From an uncultured Verrucomicrobiota bacterium (lineage in GTDB: Bacteria > Verrucomicrobiota > Kiritimatiellia > RFP12 > UBA3636), in the NCBI GenBank assembly GCA_937911295.1, contig CALDQE010000073.1, forward strand, positions 22,352-86,351: 64,000 nt of DNA, in the 5' to 3' direction. Positions 9,428 to 19,211 of the stretch are shown piece by piece. The notes under the pieces were generated by a model that saw nothing but the letters and a program-made list of their open reading frames with translations, searched no databases and was not told the DNA's origin. Positions within the stretch are counted from its first letter, which is position 1, and each line of letters begins with the position of its first letter. Position numbers and translations under genes: made by a program.

Positions 9428-10546
9428 TTATTTCTTTGGAAGCATTAATGAAAGTAGCGTTAGCTCTAATAAATCTTTAGGATTTGTTCCTACACTTACC
9501 ATTTTAACATGAGCCTCAATAAGTTTCATTCGAGCAAATCTAAGAGTTATTCTATCCCAATATTTAACCTGCGAAGCAATGCGTGAAGCCTGCCATCCAG
9601 AAAGCTTGTACTTACCTAAATCCTCTAATGCGGAAGCTGTTTCTCCTGTAAGAGCATCAGACCAAGTAACATTCATCTCTGCTTTCCCATAAAAAGAGCT
9701 ACCAGAAGATAAGCGTGCATACCCACGCTTGACACAATCCACTAAAATCAACAGCTCATTAGTTCGTTGTTGTATTTGCCCAATTAAAAATACAGGATCC
9801 ACTCGTAGGTCATATAAATTATGCAAAATACGTAGCACCTTATGGCCATTGCGTTCACCATACGCATCTAATAAATCCCATGGCTCCTGCATATTTGACA
9901 TTGTTACTATTGAATCTATATCTTGAATTGTTGGGGCTTTATTGGATGTATAAATATAAAGCTTTTCCAGTTCATTTATAAAGACTCGAGAGGAGGTTGT
10001 TATCATACTGCAAAAATAATCCTGCTCCTTTGCCCCCATCTCAAGCTTATGCTCAGATAAATAATTATTTAAGAGCTTTTTAAAATCAGCTAATGTTAAC
10101 TTACCTTTTTTACCAACAACAATCTCTTCAAATGTTGCTTTACCTTGCTTTTCTAAAGCAACCAACTGCTTACAAAAGCTATATTTTTTACTGAACGCTG
10201 TTGATGTGATTACTAGCTCAATTCCATCAGGTAAATCCCCAGAAAGAAATTCCATCACTTGAGCGAGCAGCTCTTTAATGGATTCAGACCCCATAACTCT
10301 ATCAGCAGCAAGGAAAGAAGCATTTTTAAGCCAAACGAGTTTTTCAGATGCAAACAAATCAATCTGACGTGCTCCATCACAAAACTTACTTATTGCCTCA
10401 ATTGTACTATCTATTGTATCCGTAGCTCCATCAATAACCTCAACAGACATTGCACTATTTTTTGTAAGCTGTGCAATCAATGCATCGGTCTTATTTGCTA
10501 AAATATAATCATCTTCACAAATTAGAACATGGATACGAGGAGTCAT
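9428..10546 (-). CDS. holA: Probable DNA polymerase III delta subunit (HolA-like).
   Basis: Inferred from length, position between housekeeping genes and N-terminal pattern (IHVLICEDDYIL...). Weak sequence recognition. Confidence 0.4.
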   Translation of the reverse strand: MTPRIHVLICEDDYILANKTDALIAQLTKNSAMSVEVIDGATDTIDSTIEAISKFCDGARQIDLFASEKLVWLKNASFLAADRVMGSESIKELLAQVMEFLSGDLPDGIELVITSTAFSKKYSFCKQLVALEKQGKATFEEIVVGKKGKLTLADFKKLLNNYLSEHKLEMGAKEQDYFCSMITTSSRVFINELEKLYIYTSNKAPTIQDIDSIVTMSNMQEPWDLLDAYGERNGHKVLRILHNLYDLRVDPVFLIGQIQQRTNELLILVDCVKRGYARLSSGSSFYGKAEMNVTWSDALTGETASALEDLGKYKLSGWQASRIASQVKYWDRITLRFARMKLIEAHVKMVSVGTNPKDLLELTLLSLMLPKK

Positions 10547-10556
10547 ATAAATCCCT

Positions 10557-11831
10557 TTACTTATTTCTTATCTGTCCATTACCCTTGACTAAAAACTTTG
10601 TAGTAGTCAAATCTGCCAAACAGATTGGGCCTCTTGCACCTAGCTTATCAGTGCTTATTCCAATATCCGAGCCAACTCCAAACTCGGCACCATCTGTAAA
10701 TGCTGTTGAAGCATTGATATAAATAATTGCCGAATCAACATTTCTCACAAATTTCTCTTGAGTTGCCTCATCCTCTGAAATAATTACATCCGCCAAATGA
10801 GAACCATTATCATTTATATGCGAAATTGCATCCTGCAGAGAAGATATAGATCCTATAACTAAATTCTTATCATAGGTTTCATCAACCCAATCAGCTGCTG
10901 AAATTTCTCTAGCACCTGGGATAAACTCTCTAATGCATTCATCTGCTACATAATTCATAGCCCCATAGCTCTCTGCCTGCTTTAGCAGTTCACTGCAAAA
11001 ATCTTTTGCAATAGACTCATGCACCAGCACTGCATCAACTGCAGAACAAACAAAGGAATCAAAACAGCGAGAATTTAAAACCACTGCCACTCCCTTTGAT
11101 ATATCTGCTGATTCATCAATATATGCATAGCACATTCCTCCAGAATGCTTAAGCAATGGAATACCGGCATGCTCAACTAAATCATCGACAAAAGAGCGGC
11201 GTCCTCTAACAATGCCTATATCAACCAACCCCTCCATCGATGTCAATATTCTTGCCTCTGCTAAATTATTTTCTCCACAAGAAAATTGTATTGCATGCTC
11301 TGGCAAACCAGCCGCAATCAGTCCTTCGTTAACAGCTGAAAGAAGAGCAGTAATAGATTCCGCCGAATCCTCATCTGCCACAACCACAAGTGCATTATTT
11401 GTTTTAATACATGCTGCTGCTGCTATCAATGATACTAATGGGCGGGTCTCCACACATAATCCCACAACACCTATTGGTACACGGCGTCGTATTATCTCCA
11501 ACCCATTGGGTCGAACCCAGCTGCTTATCTCCTCGCCTATAGGATCTTCCATCTCCGCAATCACACTGCATGCATCAATTACACGGCGAAGCTTTCGCTC
11601 TGTAATTTCCATCCGCTCAATGAAACCAATAGACCGACCCAATGATTTTGCTCTCTCTACTTCCTTGCGATTTATATCTAAAATTTTCTCTGTTGATTCC
11701 TCAAGATATTCCGCAATAGAATAAAGCACATCACGTTTTTTTCGGCTACTTAAACCGACCAATTCACGCCTGGCAGCCACAGCATTGGCTGTCATGGTTC
11801 TAATTTTCTTTTCTATCATAATTGAAATCAA
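10557..11831 (-). CDS. proA: Gamma-glutamyl phosphate reductase.
   Basis: Seen: aldehyde-dehydrogenase-fold ProA blocks and 424-aa length. Adjacent to proB. Confidence 0.85.
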   Translation of the reverse strand: MISIMIEKKIRTMTANAVAARRELVGLSSRKKRDVLYSIAEYLEESTEKILDINRKEVERAKSLGRSIGFIERMEITERKLRRVIDACSVIAEMEDPIGEEISSWVRPNGLEIIRRRVPIGVVGLCVETRPLVSLIAAAACIKTNNALVVVADEDSAESITALLSAVNEGLIAAGLPEHAIQFSCGENNLAEARILTSMEGLVDIGIVRGRRSFVDDLVEHAGIPLLKHSGGMCYAYIDESADISKGVAVVLNSRCFDSFVCSAVDAVLVHESIAKDFCSELLKQAESYGAMNYVADECIREFIPGAREISAADWVDETYDKNLVIGSISSLQDAISHINDNGSHLADVIISEDEATQEKFVRNVDSAIIYINASTAFTDGAEFGVGSDIGISTDKLGARGPICLADLTTTKFLVKGNGQIRNK

Positions 11832-11837
11832 AAACTA

Positions 11838-12659
11838 TTATACAGGAGAACCGGAGAACAATGTTCCCACATCCTCTCCCTTAATAATTCGTGTGATGAT
11901 ATCCTTACTTGTTCCATCTGCAATCACCACATTGCATCCAGCCTTTGTACACAAAGAGGCTGAGCGAAGCTTTGAATCCATACCTCCCTTTGATAATCCA
12001 CCTGAGGTTGGTTTAACTAGCTTCATTATTGATTTATTGATTGTTTCAACAAATGGTACTCTACGAGAACGTCCACATTCACAGCTCTCACGTAAACCAT
12101 CAACTGTTGACAATAGGATGAGCAAATCTGCCCTTGTCTGACGCACCACAAGTGATGCCAAATAATCATTATCCCCAAGAGATAAATCTGCCTTACACTC
12201 CTCATCTGCCACTGCATCATTTTCATTGATAATAGGTATTACCCCTTTAGCCAATATATGATCCATTGTGCGGCGAAGATTTGCAAGACGAATCTTTCTA
12301 TCAAAATCATCATGAGTTAAAAGCACCTGACCAGTTAGAATTTTTTCTTGTGCAAAAAATTCTGTATATTGTGTCATCAATCTACCTTGACCAATTGCTG
12401 CACACATCTGCAAGTCTGGCACAGCTGTTGGGCGCGTATCTAGCTTTAGTGCTTCCATACCAGCAGCAATTGCACCAGAACTCACAATAACCACCTGATA
12501 ACCACTCTTGTGAAGTTGTGCGATCTGCTTGACTATACTCTTTATACGTGCTACATCTGGACGCCCTGTTTTTCTTACAATTACACGACTTCCTATTTTT
12601 ACAACTACACGGCGTGATTCAGGAATGCTAGCCCTAAACTTATTACCACTTGTAACCAT
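11838..12659 (-). CDS. proB: Glutamate 5-kinase (short form without PUA domain).
   Basis: Seen: amino-acid-kinase-fold N-terminus (VVVKIGSRVI) and conserved blocks. 273 aa. Confidence 0.85.
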   Translation of the reverse strand: MVTSGNKFRASIPESRRVVVKIGSRVIVRKTGRPDVARIKSIVKQIAQLHKSGYQVVIVSSGAIAAGMEALKLDTRPTAVPDLQMCAAIGQGRLMTQYTEFFAQEKILTGQVLLTHDDFDRKIRLANLRRTMDHILAKGVIPIINENDAVADEECKADLSLGDNDYLASLVVRQTRADLLILLSTVDGLRESCECGRSRRVPFVETINKSIMKLVKPTSGGLSKGGMDSKLRSASLCTKAGCNVVIADGTSKDIITRIIKGEDVGTLFSGSPV

Positions 12660-12677
12660 AATCTCTTCCTTTAAATT

Positions 12678-13754
12678 TTATTCTTGATTGCGTTCGCTAT
12701 AATTTTTATTTATCCAATTGCGATATTCGCCTGTGCGAACTGTATCAATCCACTCTATATTTTCTAAATACCATTTTACTGTTTTTTCAAAACCAGAATC
12801 TGCATCAACTGTTTGCTTCCAGCCAAATGTTTGCTCAAGGCGGGTGCAATCGATTGCATAGCGTAAATCGTGACCTGGGCGATCCTTCACATAAGTAATA
12901 AGTGAAGTACGTGGCTCTCCGCTTGGCAATGGAGCAGCTAGCTTATCAACTAATGCACAAATTCTATTTACTACATCAATATTCTTTAGCTCACAGCGAC
13001 CACCAATTGTATAGGTCTCACCAAGCTCTGCCTTTTGCATAATTGTCCAAATTGCAGAACAATGATCCTCAACAAAAAGCCAATCACGCACATTCAAGCC
13101 CTCACCATAAACAGGCAATGGCTTACCCTCTAGTGCATTAAGAATCATTAAAGGTATTAACTTCTCTGGAAATTGATATGGTCCATAATTATTGGAGCAA
13201 TTAGAAATTGTTACTGGCAAGCCATAGGTATCATGGTATGCACGTACAATATGATCAGAGGATGCCTTGGAAGCAGAATATGGGCTATGTGGGCAGTAAG
13301 GTGTTGTTTCTGAGAACATACCCTCTTCACCCAAGCTACCAAAAACCTCATCTGTGCTTACATGATGGAAAAGTACTAACTTGTCCATTCTCTCGCGTGC
13401 TGCCTGAAGCAAATTAAAGGTTCCAACAATATTTGTCTGGATAAACGAATCAGGAGAAACGATTGAACGGTCAACATGTGACTCTGCGGCGAAGTGACAT
13501 ACTGCATCAATGTCATATTTATCAAAAACATCATTCACCATAGCTTTATCACAAATATCTCCGTGAACGAAAATATAGCGCTCTGGAAATTCCTTTTCCA
13601 AATCCTCTAAGCTATGTGGGTTACCAGCATAGGTCAACGCATCAAGATTGATAACACTACCCTGAAAACCTGCATCTTTTAAAATATAACGAATAAAATT
13701 AGAGCCGATAAATCCTGCTCCACCTGTAACTAATAAATTTTTAAATGTTCTCAT
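12678..13754 (-). CDS. rfbB: dTDP-glucose 4,6-dehydratase.
   Basis: Seen: LVTGGAGFIGSNF Rossmann motif and Y-x-x-x-K (YSASKASSD). RmlB-typical length. Confidence 0.85.
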   Translation of the reverse strand: MRTFKNLLVTGGAGFIGSNFIRYILKDAGFQGSVINLDALTYAGNPHSLEDLEKEFPERYIFVHGDICDKAMVNDVFDKYDIDAVCHFAAESHVDRSIVSPDSFIQTNIVGTFNLLQAARERMDKLVLFHHVSTDEVFGSLGEEGMFSETTPYCPHSPYSASKASSDHIVRAYHDTYGLPVTISNCSNNYGPYQFPEKLIPLMILNALEGKPLPVYGEGLNVRDWLFVEDHCSAIWTIMQKAELGETYTIGGRCELKNIDVVNRICALVDKLAAPLPSGEPRTSLITYVKDRPGHDLRYAIDCTRLEQTFGWKQTVDADSGFEKTVKWYLENIEWIDTVRTGEYRNWINKNYSERNQE

Positions 13755-13874
13755 TTTTTACCTCGCCCTATATAATACTAAAAAAAAAAATTGTTAGCAA
13801 CTGCCGAATGCATCATTACAGCAATTCAATAAAATGCTTTCTATAATCAAATTTCATCAAAATTTGATATTATT

Positions 13875-14324
13875 TTAATACATTTTCTTATTACTTAGCC
13901 TTTGATACTTATCAAATAGCTTTTTACACTCTTCTCTGTCTAAAACAAAGCTAGATACTCTCTTTTCTGGTGACTCAAAAAATTCTTTATCTCTAAACCC
14001 TATTGTTTCTGCATCCTCTATAGAGCAACCATAATATATCTTTGAAATATTACTCCACAAGATAGCACCTAAACACATTGGACATGGCTGCCCTGTTGTG
14101 TACAATTCACACCCGGATAAATCATTGGTCTTTAATTTAGCACAAGCATTTCTTATTGCTGTTATTTCTCCATGACATGTTGGGTCTTTCTTTTTTATAA
14201 CCTCATTATGCCCTTTGCCAACGACTTCTCCATTTTTTACAATAACACATCCAAATGGTCCACCATCTCCATTTGTAATACCAAAGGTAGCCTCTTCAAT
14301 AGCCATTTCCATAAACTTATTCAT
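13875..14324 (-). CDS. Zinc-dependent nucleoside/nucleotide deaminase (CMP/dCMP or tRNA-adenosine deaminase family).
   Basis: Seen: HGEITAI and PCPMC zinc-binding motifs. Confidence 0.7.
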   Translation of the reverse strand: MNKFMEMAIEEATFGITNGDGGPFGCVIVKNGEVVGKGHNEVIKKKDPTCHGEITAIRNACAKLKTNDLSGCELYTTGQPCPMCLGAILWSNISKIYYGCSIEDAETIGFRDKEFFESPEKRVSSFVLDREECKKLFDKYQRLSNKKMY

Positions 14325-14357
14325 GACAGCTCCTTAAATATTTCGTTCCAAATAAAT

Positions 14358-14630
14358 TTAGTCAAAATCTGAGAACTTCCACTCATCAACCCATTTAATT
14401 ATTGGCTTATCACCTTCAAACAATATTGGCACCCACCTATCTGCAACAGCAATATACAAATCCTTTTTCTCTGCACCTTGAATCGGTCCAATGAAAACAT
14501 TATCCCCAAAGCTGACCCCACCTCCGTCTTGTATTACCATATTGTGATTGGCATAAAAGTTTTCACCAACTGTAATATGATAACCATAATCGCACCAAAA
14601 TGGAGGAACAATCATAGAATTCTTCCCCAT
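14358..14630 (-). pseudogene. Chimeric gene remnant. A maltose/galactoside O-acetyltransferase hexapeptide-repeat fragment is fused to the C-terminal ~35 aa of a paralogue of the GH43-like gene.
   Basis: Seen: N-part PFWCDYGYHITVGENFYANHNMVIQDGGGVSFGDNVFIGP (LbH acetyltransferase core). The C-part KKDLYIAVADRWVPILFEGDKPIIKWVDEWKFSDFD aligns with the C-terminus of the 6105..7157 product (KKDLYIAIADRWVP...WLPILFDGDKPKIKWFDEWSLSDFE). A further acetyltransferase-like tail remnant (GCYNPAYEKEIRK...) is readable upstream at ~14640-14745. Confidence 0.5.
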
Positions 14631-14806
14631 ATTTCCTAAAAATTTTTTTAGAATTTTTTGCTGTGCTTTATTATTGTTAAGAGATAACTTGTTGTATCGA
14701 TGACATATTCTTTTTCTTTTCTAATTTCTTTTTCATAAGCAGGATTATAGCATCCCTGAAAAAACAATTGAGAGGTATATTGGGTTTTTCACTTATAGTA
14801 AATTTC

Positions 14807-16216
14807 CTATTCCTCTGGTTTATCTAAATTTTTACCTAGAGGTTCTGCTACTAAACGAAGCCCCATAGTGTCATTGCTGAAGGATGGTGGATCACTATGA
14901 ATTCTTGTCGCTGAACATTCATAATCCCTATCATACCAGCTACCGCCACAACGTTTCTTTTTGTATTCATCATTTGTTGAAGTCCATTCCCAAACATTTC
15001 CATGCATATCATACAAACCCCACATATTTGGCTTCTTTTGACCGACAGGTTGGGCTCTCAATATGTTAGAATCTTTACTCCAACACATTTCATTTGGCGT
15101 TCCTTCTAGATTTTCTTCTATAAGACCATATTCTCCAACACTACCAGCTCTACATGCATGCTCCCATTCTTCTGCTGTAGGCAAACGAAAAACTAGTCCA
15201 CTATTTTCTACTTCAGGCAGAGAATTAAGCTTTCCAATGAAATCCATACATTGCGTAAATGAAACACGTTCAACAGGCTGATTATCTCCAACAAACCGTG
15301 ATGGATTAAAATTCATAACCGCAGCCCAAATATCCTGCGTAACTTCATATTTCCCCATCATATAGTCACGATCAGGAATTTTCACAAAATTTGACATCAT
15401 TTTTGAAATCGCAATTTTTCTTTTTTCACTTCGCTCATTATATACAATTTTTGTTTTCTCATAATTTGCTTTGCGAATTTCTTTTGAATATTCATCAGCT
15501 TCTTCAATGGTCATTATCCTGCAACGTATATCTACTACTGTCTCCATCCATTGTATTGTAGAATTTGCCCTATGAATCGTATAAAACGATGCTTCATCAT
15601 CTCCATATTCCATACTCTTTGGTAAGTCTGTTAATCTATTTAAATGATACAAAGGTAATGGATACATTACATGACTCATTCTTTTGAAACCAGTTAGAGG
15701 AACATTTTGCTTGTCTACAACTTCTCCCAATTTATTTATATACTCTACCTGTACGATATAACTCCCAGCACGAACCAAAAAACTATTTTGATCGTTTATG
15801 CGCAGAATTACATTCGCCTCATGTTCACCTATATTGAACACCTCGCCTGCAACATAAAATAACATAGGTTGCTCATCTTTAGAAAATTCACGCTCTAAAT
15901 CCATTTCTTTAAATTTCTTCAGAGCAGATTTTTTCCATCGGTTGTATTCTTTATCATTAACAGTTAGCTTTAAACGAAAAGTTATAACATTGTTATCCGT
16001 ATCAACTATAAAATTTGGTGTTCCGTCCTTTCTAGTAACAAAATCAACATTTAATAATTTATTAAATGAAGAATAATAGTCGTGAACAATCTCCTTATAA
16101 GTATCAAAAATAGAATTTTCCTTAACAATAAATTGTGAGAATATACTCTCACTTGAAAAAGCATTAACTACTAGAATTTGAACAACCAACAAAATCATTA
16201 AAAATTTATTTTTCAT
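14807..16216 (-). CDS. Secreted protein with a C-terminal FGE-sulfatase (SUMF1/DUF323) domain.
   Basis: Seen: signal peptide, and the hallmark C-terminal blocks RLPTAEEWEHACRAG...YDMHGNVWEWT...GLRLV. Confidence 0.6.
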   Translation of the reverse strand: MKNKFLMILLVVQILVVNAFSSESIFSQFIVKENSIFDTYKEIVHDYYSSFNKLLNVDFVTRKDGTPNFIVDTDNNVITFRLKLTVNDKEYNRWKKSALKKFKEMDLEREFSKDEQPMLFYVAGEVFNIGEHEANVILRINDQNSFLVRAGSYIVQVEYINKLGEVVDKQNVPLTGFKRMSHVMYPLPLYHLNRLTDLPKSMEYGDDEASFYTIHRANSTIQWMETVVDIRCRIMTIEEADEYSKEIRKANYEKTKIVYNERSEKRKIAISKMMSNFVKIPDRDYMMGKYEVTQDIWAAVMNFNPSRFVGDNQPVERVSFTQCMDFIGKLNSLPEVENSGLVFRLPTAEEWEHACRAGSVGEYGLIEENLEGTPNEMCWSKDSNILRAQPVGQKKPNMWGLYDMHGNVWEWTSTNDEYKKKRCGGSWYDRDYECSATRIHSDPPSFSNDTMGLRLVAEPLGKNLDKPEE

Positions 16217-16246
16217 ACCGCACCCATAAATATTTATTAAAACAAA

Positions 16247-16696
16247 TTATTGCTCTCCCAATTGCTCGGAAAGCTTGTATTTATTAACCTTGGCCTTTGT
16301 CGTATCTATTTTATACACACAAGCACTTGTGGTAATAATTTTACGCCAGAGTATCCATGCAGAGAATGAGCCAGAGGTTTCCACCTCTGTTTTCAATTCT
16401 CCAAGTGTACTTTCTGCACCATAAGATAAAGCTTCTCTTTCAATAAGCTTTACATTATTATCAACCGTTACTGTATCTGTAAACCAATCACAACCAGCAG
16501 AATTAGGATTCTCTATATCGCCACACCATATTGGCCATATTCCAAATAAATAATATCCATAATTTTCCACAACGATCGATGCAACCGGTTGAATAGGACT
16601 CAACTCATTTATTTTAGGAAAAGACTCTGACTTTTGCACTGTTGCACAACCAGATACAAATAAGAATAAGCTAAAAATAAAAATATATGCTTTCAT
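16247..16696 (-). CDS. Small lipoprotein of an uncharacterised family (paralogue A).
   Basis: Seen: lipobox (FVSGC) and shared ENYGYYLFG motif with the neighbouring gene. Confidence 0.5.
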   Translation of the reverse strand: MKAYIFIFSLFLFVSGCATVQKSESFPKINELSPIQPVASIVVENYGYYLFGIWPIWCGDIENPNSAGCDWFTDTVTVDNNVKLIEREALSYGAESTLGELKTEVETSGSFSAWILWRKIITTSACVYKIDTTKAKVNKYKLSEQLGEQ

Positions 16697-16697
16697 A

Positions 16698-17156
16698 TTA
16701 TTTGCCCTCCTCTATCTGGTCTTTCTTTAATTCAATATGATAAATTTCATTCGTCTCAGAAAGCTTAACTAAGGTTGCAGAGAGCTGCACCTCCTTATAC
16801 CAAAACAAACCAAAGGTTGTGCCAACTATTGGAATTGCAGAAAAGCTACAGGTAGAATGAACCATTGGCTGCACATGCACAACTGCAGCACCTTCTTTAT
16901 CTGCCAACTCTGATAAATATTTTTGCGTCTTATCTAATGTGGCTCCATCAGAAAAAAACGTTGTGCCTGTACCAGTTTCATTACCTGTAAACAAAGGAAT
17001 ACTTCCAAATAAATAATAACCGTAATTACTGATAAAAACCTGCTCACCTGGAACCACAATTCCGCCCTCTGTAACATATTCTGTTGATGAGCGCTCTATA
17101 GACATACAGCCGCTACACAACAATACACTACAAAAAACAAAAATAAATCTTTTCAT
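16698..17156 (-). CDS. Small lipoprotein of an uncharacterised family (paralogue B), 1 bp upstream of paralogue A.
   Basis: Seen: lipobox (LCSGC) and SNYGYYLFG motif. Confidence 0.5.
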   Translation of the reverse strand: MKRFIFVFCSVLLCSGCMSIERSSTEYVTEGGIVVPGEQVFISNYGYYLFGSIPLFTGNETGTGTTFFSDGATLDKTQKYLSELADKEGAAVVHVQPMVHSTCSFSAIPIVGTTFGLFWYKEVQLSATLVKLSETNEIYHIELKKDQIEEGK

Positions 17157-17208
17157 AGGTCCTCCCCTTCAAATAGATTATTTCACGTTTACATATATTG
17201 TAGTACTT

Positions 17209-18222
17209 TTAATGCTTAAAATAAAAGCGTAAACTTGGCTTTACCATAATTTTTTTAAATAATTCCCTATCGGAAATTACACGTGTGCTTTGAATTTGTT
17301 TGCGAACTTTTTTTCTCAATGCAGCGGTTTTTTTATACTTTGGAAAAACCTTAAAATACGCTACAACCATTTTCCATTTAAAGCATATTACGCACCTGAA
17401 GAAATTAGCACAATTTATTAGATAAAACCTTGGCAAAATATACCATCTCCCGTAATTATCCAGTAACGTGTTAAATGAAAAAAGAATATTAGCAAAATAT
17501 TGTGACCAAATTTCAGATTGAGAGAACTTATTTGAAGTTTGCCCCATTAAATGTTGGATGGGCTTTGTTCCCACAAAATGTACTTCATATCCAGCAAGCC
17601 ATACTCGATGACAAAAATCAGATTCTTCGTAATAGCTTTTAAATTCATCATAAAAAAGCACACCATTTAATTTTAAAAGCACTTCCTTACAAAAAAGCAT
17701 AAGAGCACCCTTCACACTAAAAACAGGAAGTGATTGCAACTGCTCTTCTAGATTTTCGAGTGGCTCAAGAAAATATCTATGTTTTTGAATACCAAATGGA
17801 GTTAGAAAAGTTCCACAGGAATCTAATGTGTTTTCACAATTAGGCAAAAGCATTGTGCCTTGCACAACACCGACATTAGGGTGCTGATGCAAATATTTAA
17901 TTAAATCTGAAAATGGTTCTTCTTCGATAATTGTGTCATCATTTAAAAGAAGAATATAATCTCTTGTGCAATAAGGTAACCCTAAATTATTGCCTCCTGC
18001 AAAGCCGAGATTTTCTTTCGCGGCAACATATTTTGTATTTGTATACTCTGCCACAAGCTGCTTTGTGGCAGGGTCATTAGCATTATCTACAATAATCAGT
18101 TCAATGACACTTCCGCATGAACTAGAGAGCGACGAAAGGCATTGCTTCAAGATTGGATTATTTTTATATGTAACAATTATTGCTGAAAGTTGCGAAAGCA
18201 TATAACCCTTAGAATCCACCAA
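17209..18222 (-). CDS. Family-2 glycosyltransferase.
   Basis: Seen: IIVTYKN...VDNAND...DDT GT-A fold motifs (DxD-like LLLNDDTII). Overlaps the mlaD stop. Confidence 0.65.
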   Translation of the reverse strand: MVDSKGYMLSQLSAIIVTYKNNPILKQCLSSLSSSCGSVIELIIVDNANDPATKQLVAEYTNTKYVAAKENLGFAGGNNLGLPYCTRDYILLLNDDTIIEEEPFSDLIKYLHQHPNVGVVQGTMLLPNCENTLDSCGTFLTPFGIQKHRYFLEPLENLEEQLQSLPVFSVKGALMLFCKEVLLKLNGVLFYDEFKSYYEESDFCHRVWLAGYEVHFVGTKPIQHLMGQTSNKFSQSEIWSQYFANILFSFNTLLDNYGRWYILPRFYLINCANFFRCVICFKWKMVVAYFKVFPKYKKTAALRKKVRKQIQSTRVISDRELFKKIMVKPSLRFYFKH

Positions 18223-19207
18223 ACAATAATCCTGAGAATGTGCTTAATGTATTTGCTTCTCGCATATCATCAAGCATCTCACGAACATCACTAACAGCAC
18301 CATTAACATTTCCATATAGCTCATCATCCTCAGACAAAAGCTTACCCAATGTGCCCTGACCAGTAACAAGCCTATCAGAAACAATGCGCAGGTTTTCAAC
18401 TGTCGCATTTAGATTTGTATACATTTCATCATCAGATGAAAGCAAGCGACCCAAGGAGCCCTCTCCTCGCTCCAGTCTATCCGCTATTAAGCTTATATCT
18501 TCTACTGCAGAATTTAAATTTGTATACAAAGAATCATCAGATGAAAGCAAACGCCCCAAGGTGCCCTCGCCACGCTCCAATCTATCTGCTATCAAGCTAA
18601 TATCTGCTACAGCTGAATTTAAATTTGTATATAGCTCATCATCAGAAGAAAGAAGTCTTCCTAGTGTACCCTCTCCCCGATTTAATCGTCCGGAAATATC
18701 TGCTATATCTTTAGAAAAAGCTTCCAAATTTTTTAATGCATCTGAATCTAAAAATTCACGAACCTTGGCAACCGACTCAGCTGCATCTTCCATTAGGTCA
18801 GATGGCTTCTGACCAATAAGTGCTTGAACATCCTTAACCTCCGGCTTGGTGTTCGTGCCTTCTGTAATTACAAGCTGGCGTCCACCAAGGATTGATGTAG
18901 CGACAACTGTAATTTCATAATCCTCATAGAAAACAACTGGTGCTTCAAGCTCAGCACGAATATGAACTCCATCACGTGCATAAAAAACCTCAGTAACAGC
19001 ACCAACTGTCGTTCCCTTTGCTATCACTGGGTCATTTCTTCTCAAGCCCATTGCATCAGGCATTACGACCTCAATATTTGTCAATGCCTCTCTAAATAAT
19101 GAAGCACCGGAAATTACTATTGTAAAAATTGCCAGAGCAACAAACATTAGTACGACAAATAAGCCTACAATAAACTCCATTTTCAATTCTGAATTTTTAT
19201 TAGCCAT
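18209..19207 (-). CDS. mlaD: MlaD (MCE-domain periplasmic substrate-binding protein) with a C-terminal extension of tandem 28-aa repeats.
   Basis: Seen: N-terminal TM plus MCE domain. The ATG at 19205-19207 (MANKNSE...) overlaps the mlaF stop by 4 nt. Repeats RL(N/E)RGEGTLGRLLSSDDxLYTNLNSAV.DIS x3 plus a partial fourth. Confidence 0.75.
   Translation of the reverse strand: MANKNSELKMEFIVGLFVVLMFVALAIFTIVISGASLFREALTNIEVVMPDAMGLRRNDPVIAKGTTVGAVTEVFYARDGVHIRAELEAPVVFYEDYEITVVATSILGGRQLVITEGTNTKPEVKDVQALIGQKPSDLMEDAAESVAKVREFLDSDALKNLEAFSKDIADISGRLNRGEGTLGRLLSSDDELYTNLNSAVADISLIADRLERGEGTLGRLLSSDDSLYTNLNSAVEDISLIADRLERGEGSLGRLLSSDDEMYTNLNATVENLRIVSDRLVTGQGTLGKLLSEDDELYGNVNGAVSDVREMLDDMREANTLSTFSGLLFGGF
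18330..18680. repeat. Intragenic tandem DNA repeats of ~84-105 bp, about 3.5 copies, encoding the MlaD C-terminal peptide repeats.
   Basis: Seen directly: near-identical nucleotide blocks at ~18417-18520 and ~18521-18625, with a diverged third copy. Confidence 0.7.
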
Positions 19208-19211
19208 AATA

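Noticed and set aside
18384-18812. 142-aa plus-strand Ser-rich ORF with internal repeats
   Set aside because: It is the antisense reading of the MlaD tandem-repeat region. Its repeats simply mirror the real minus-strand repeats.
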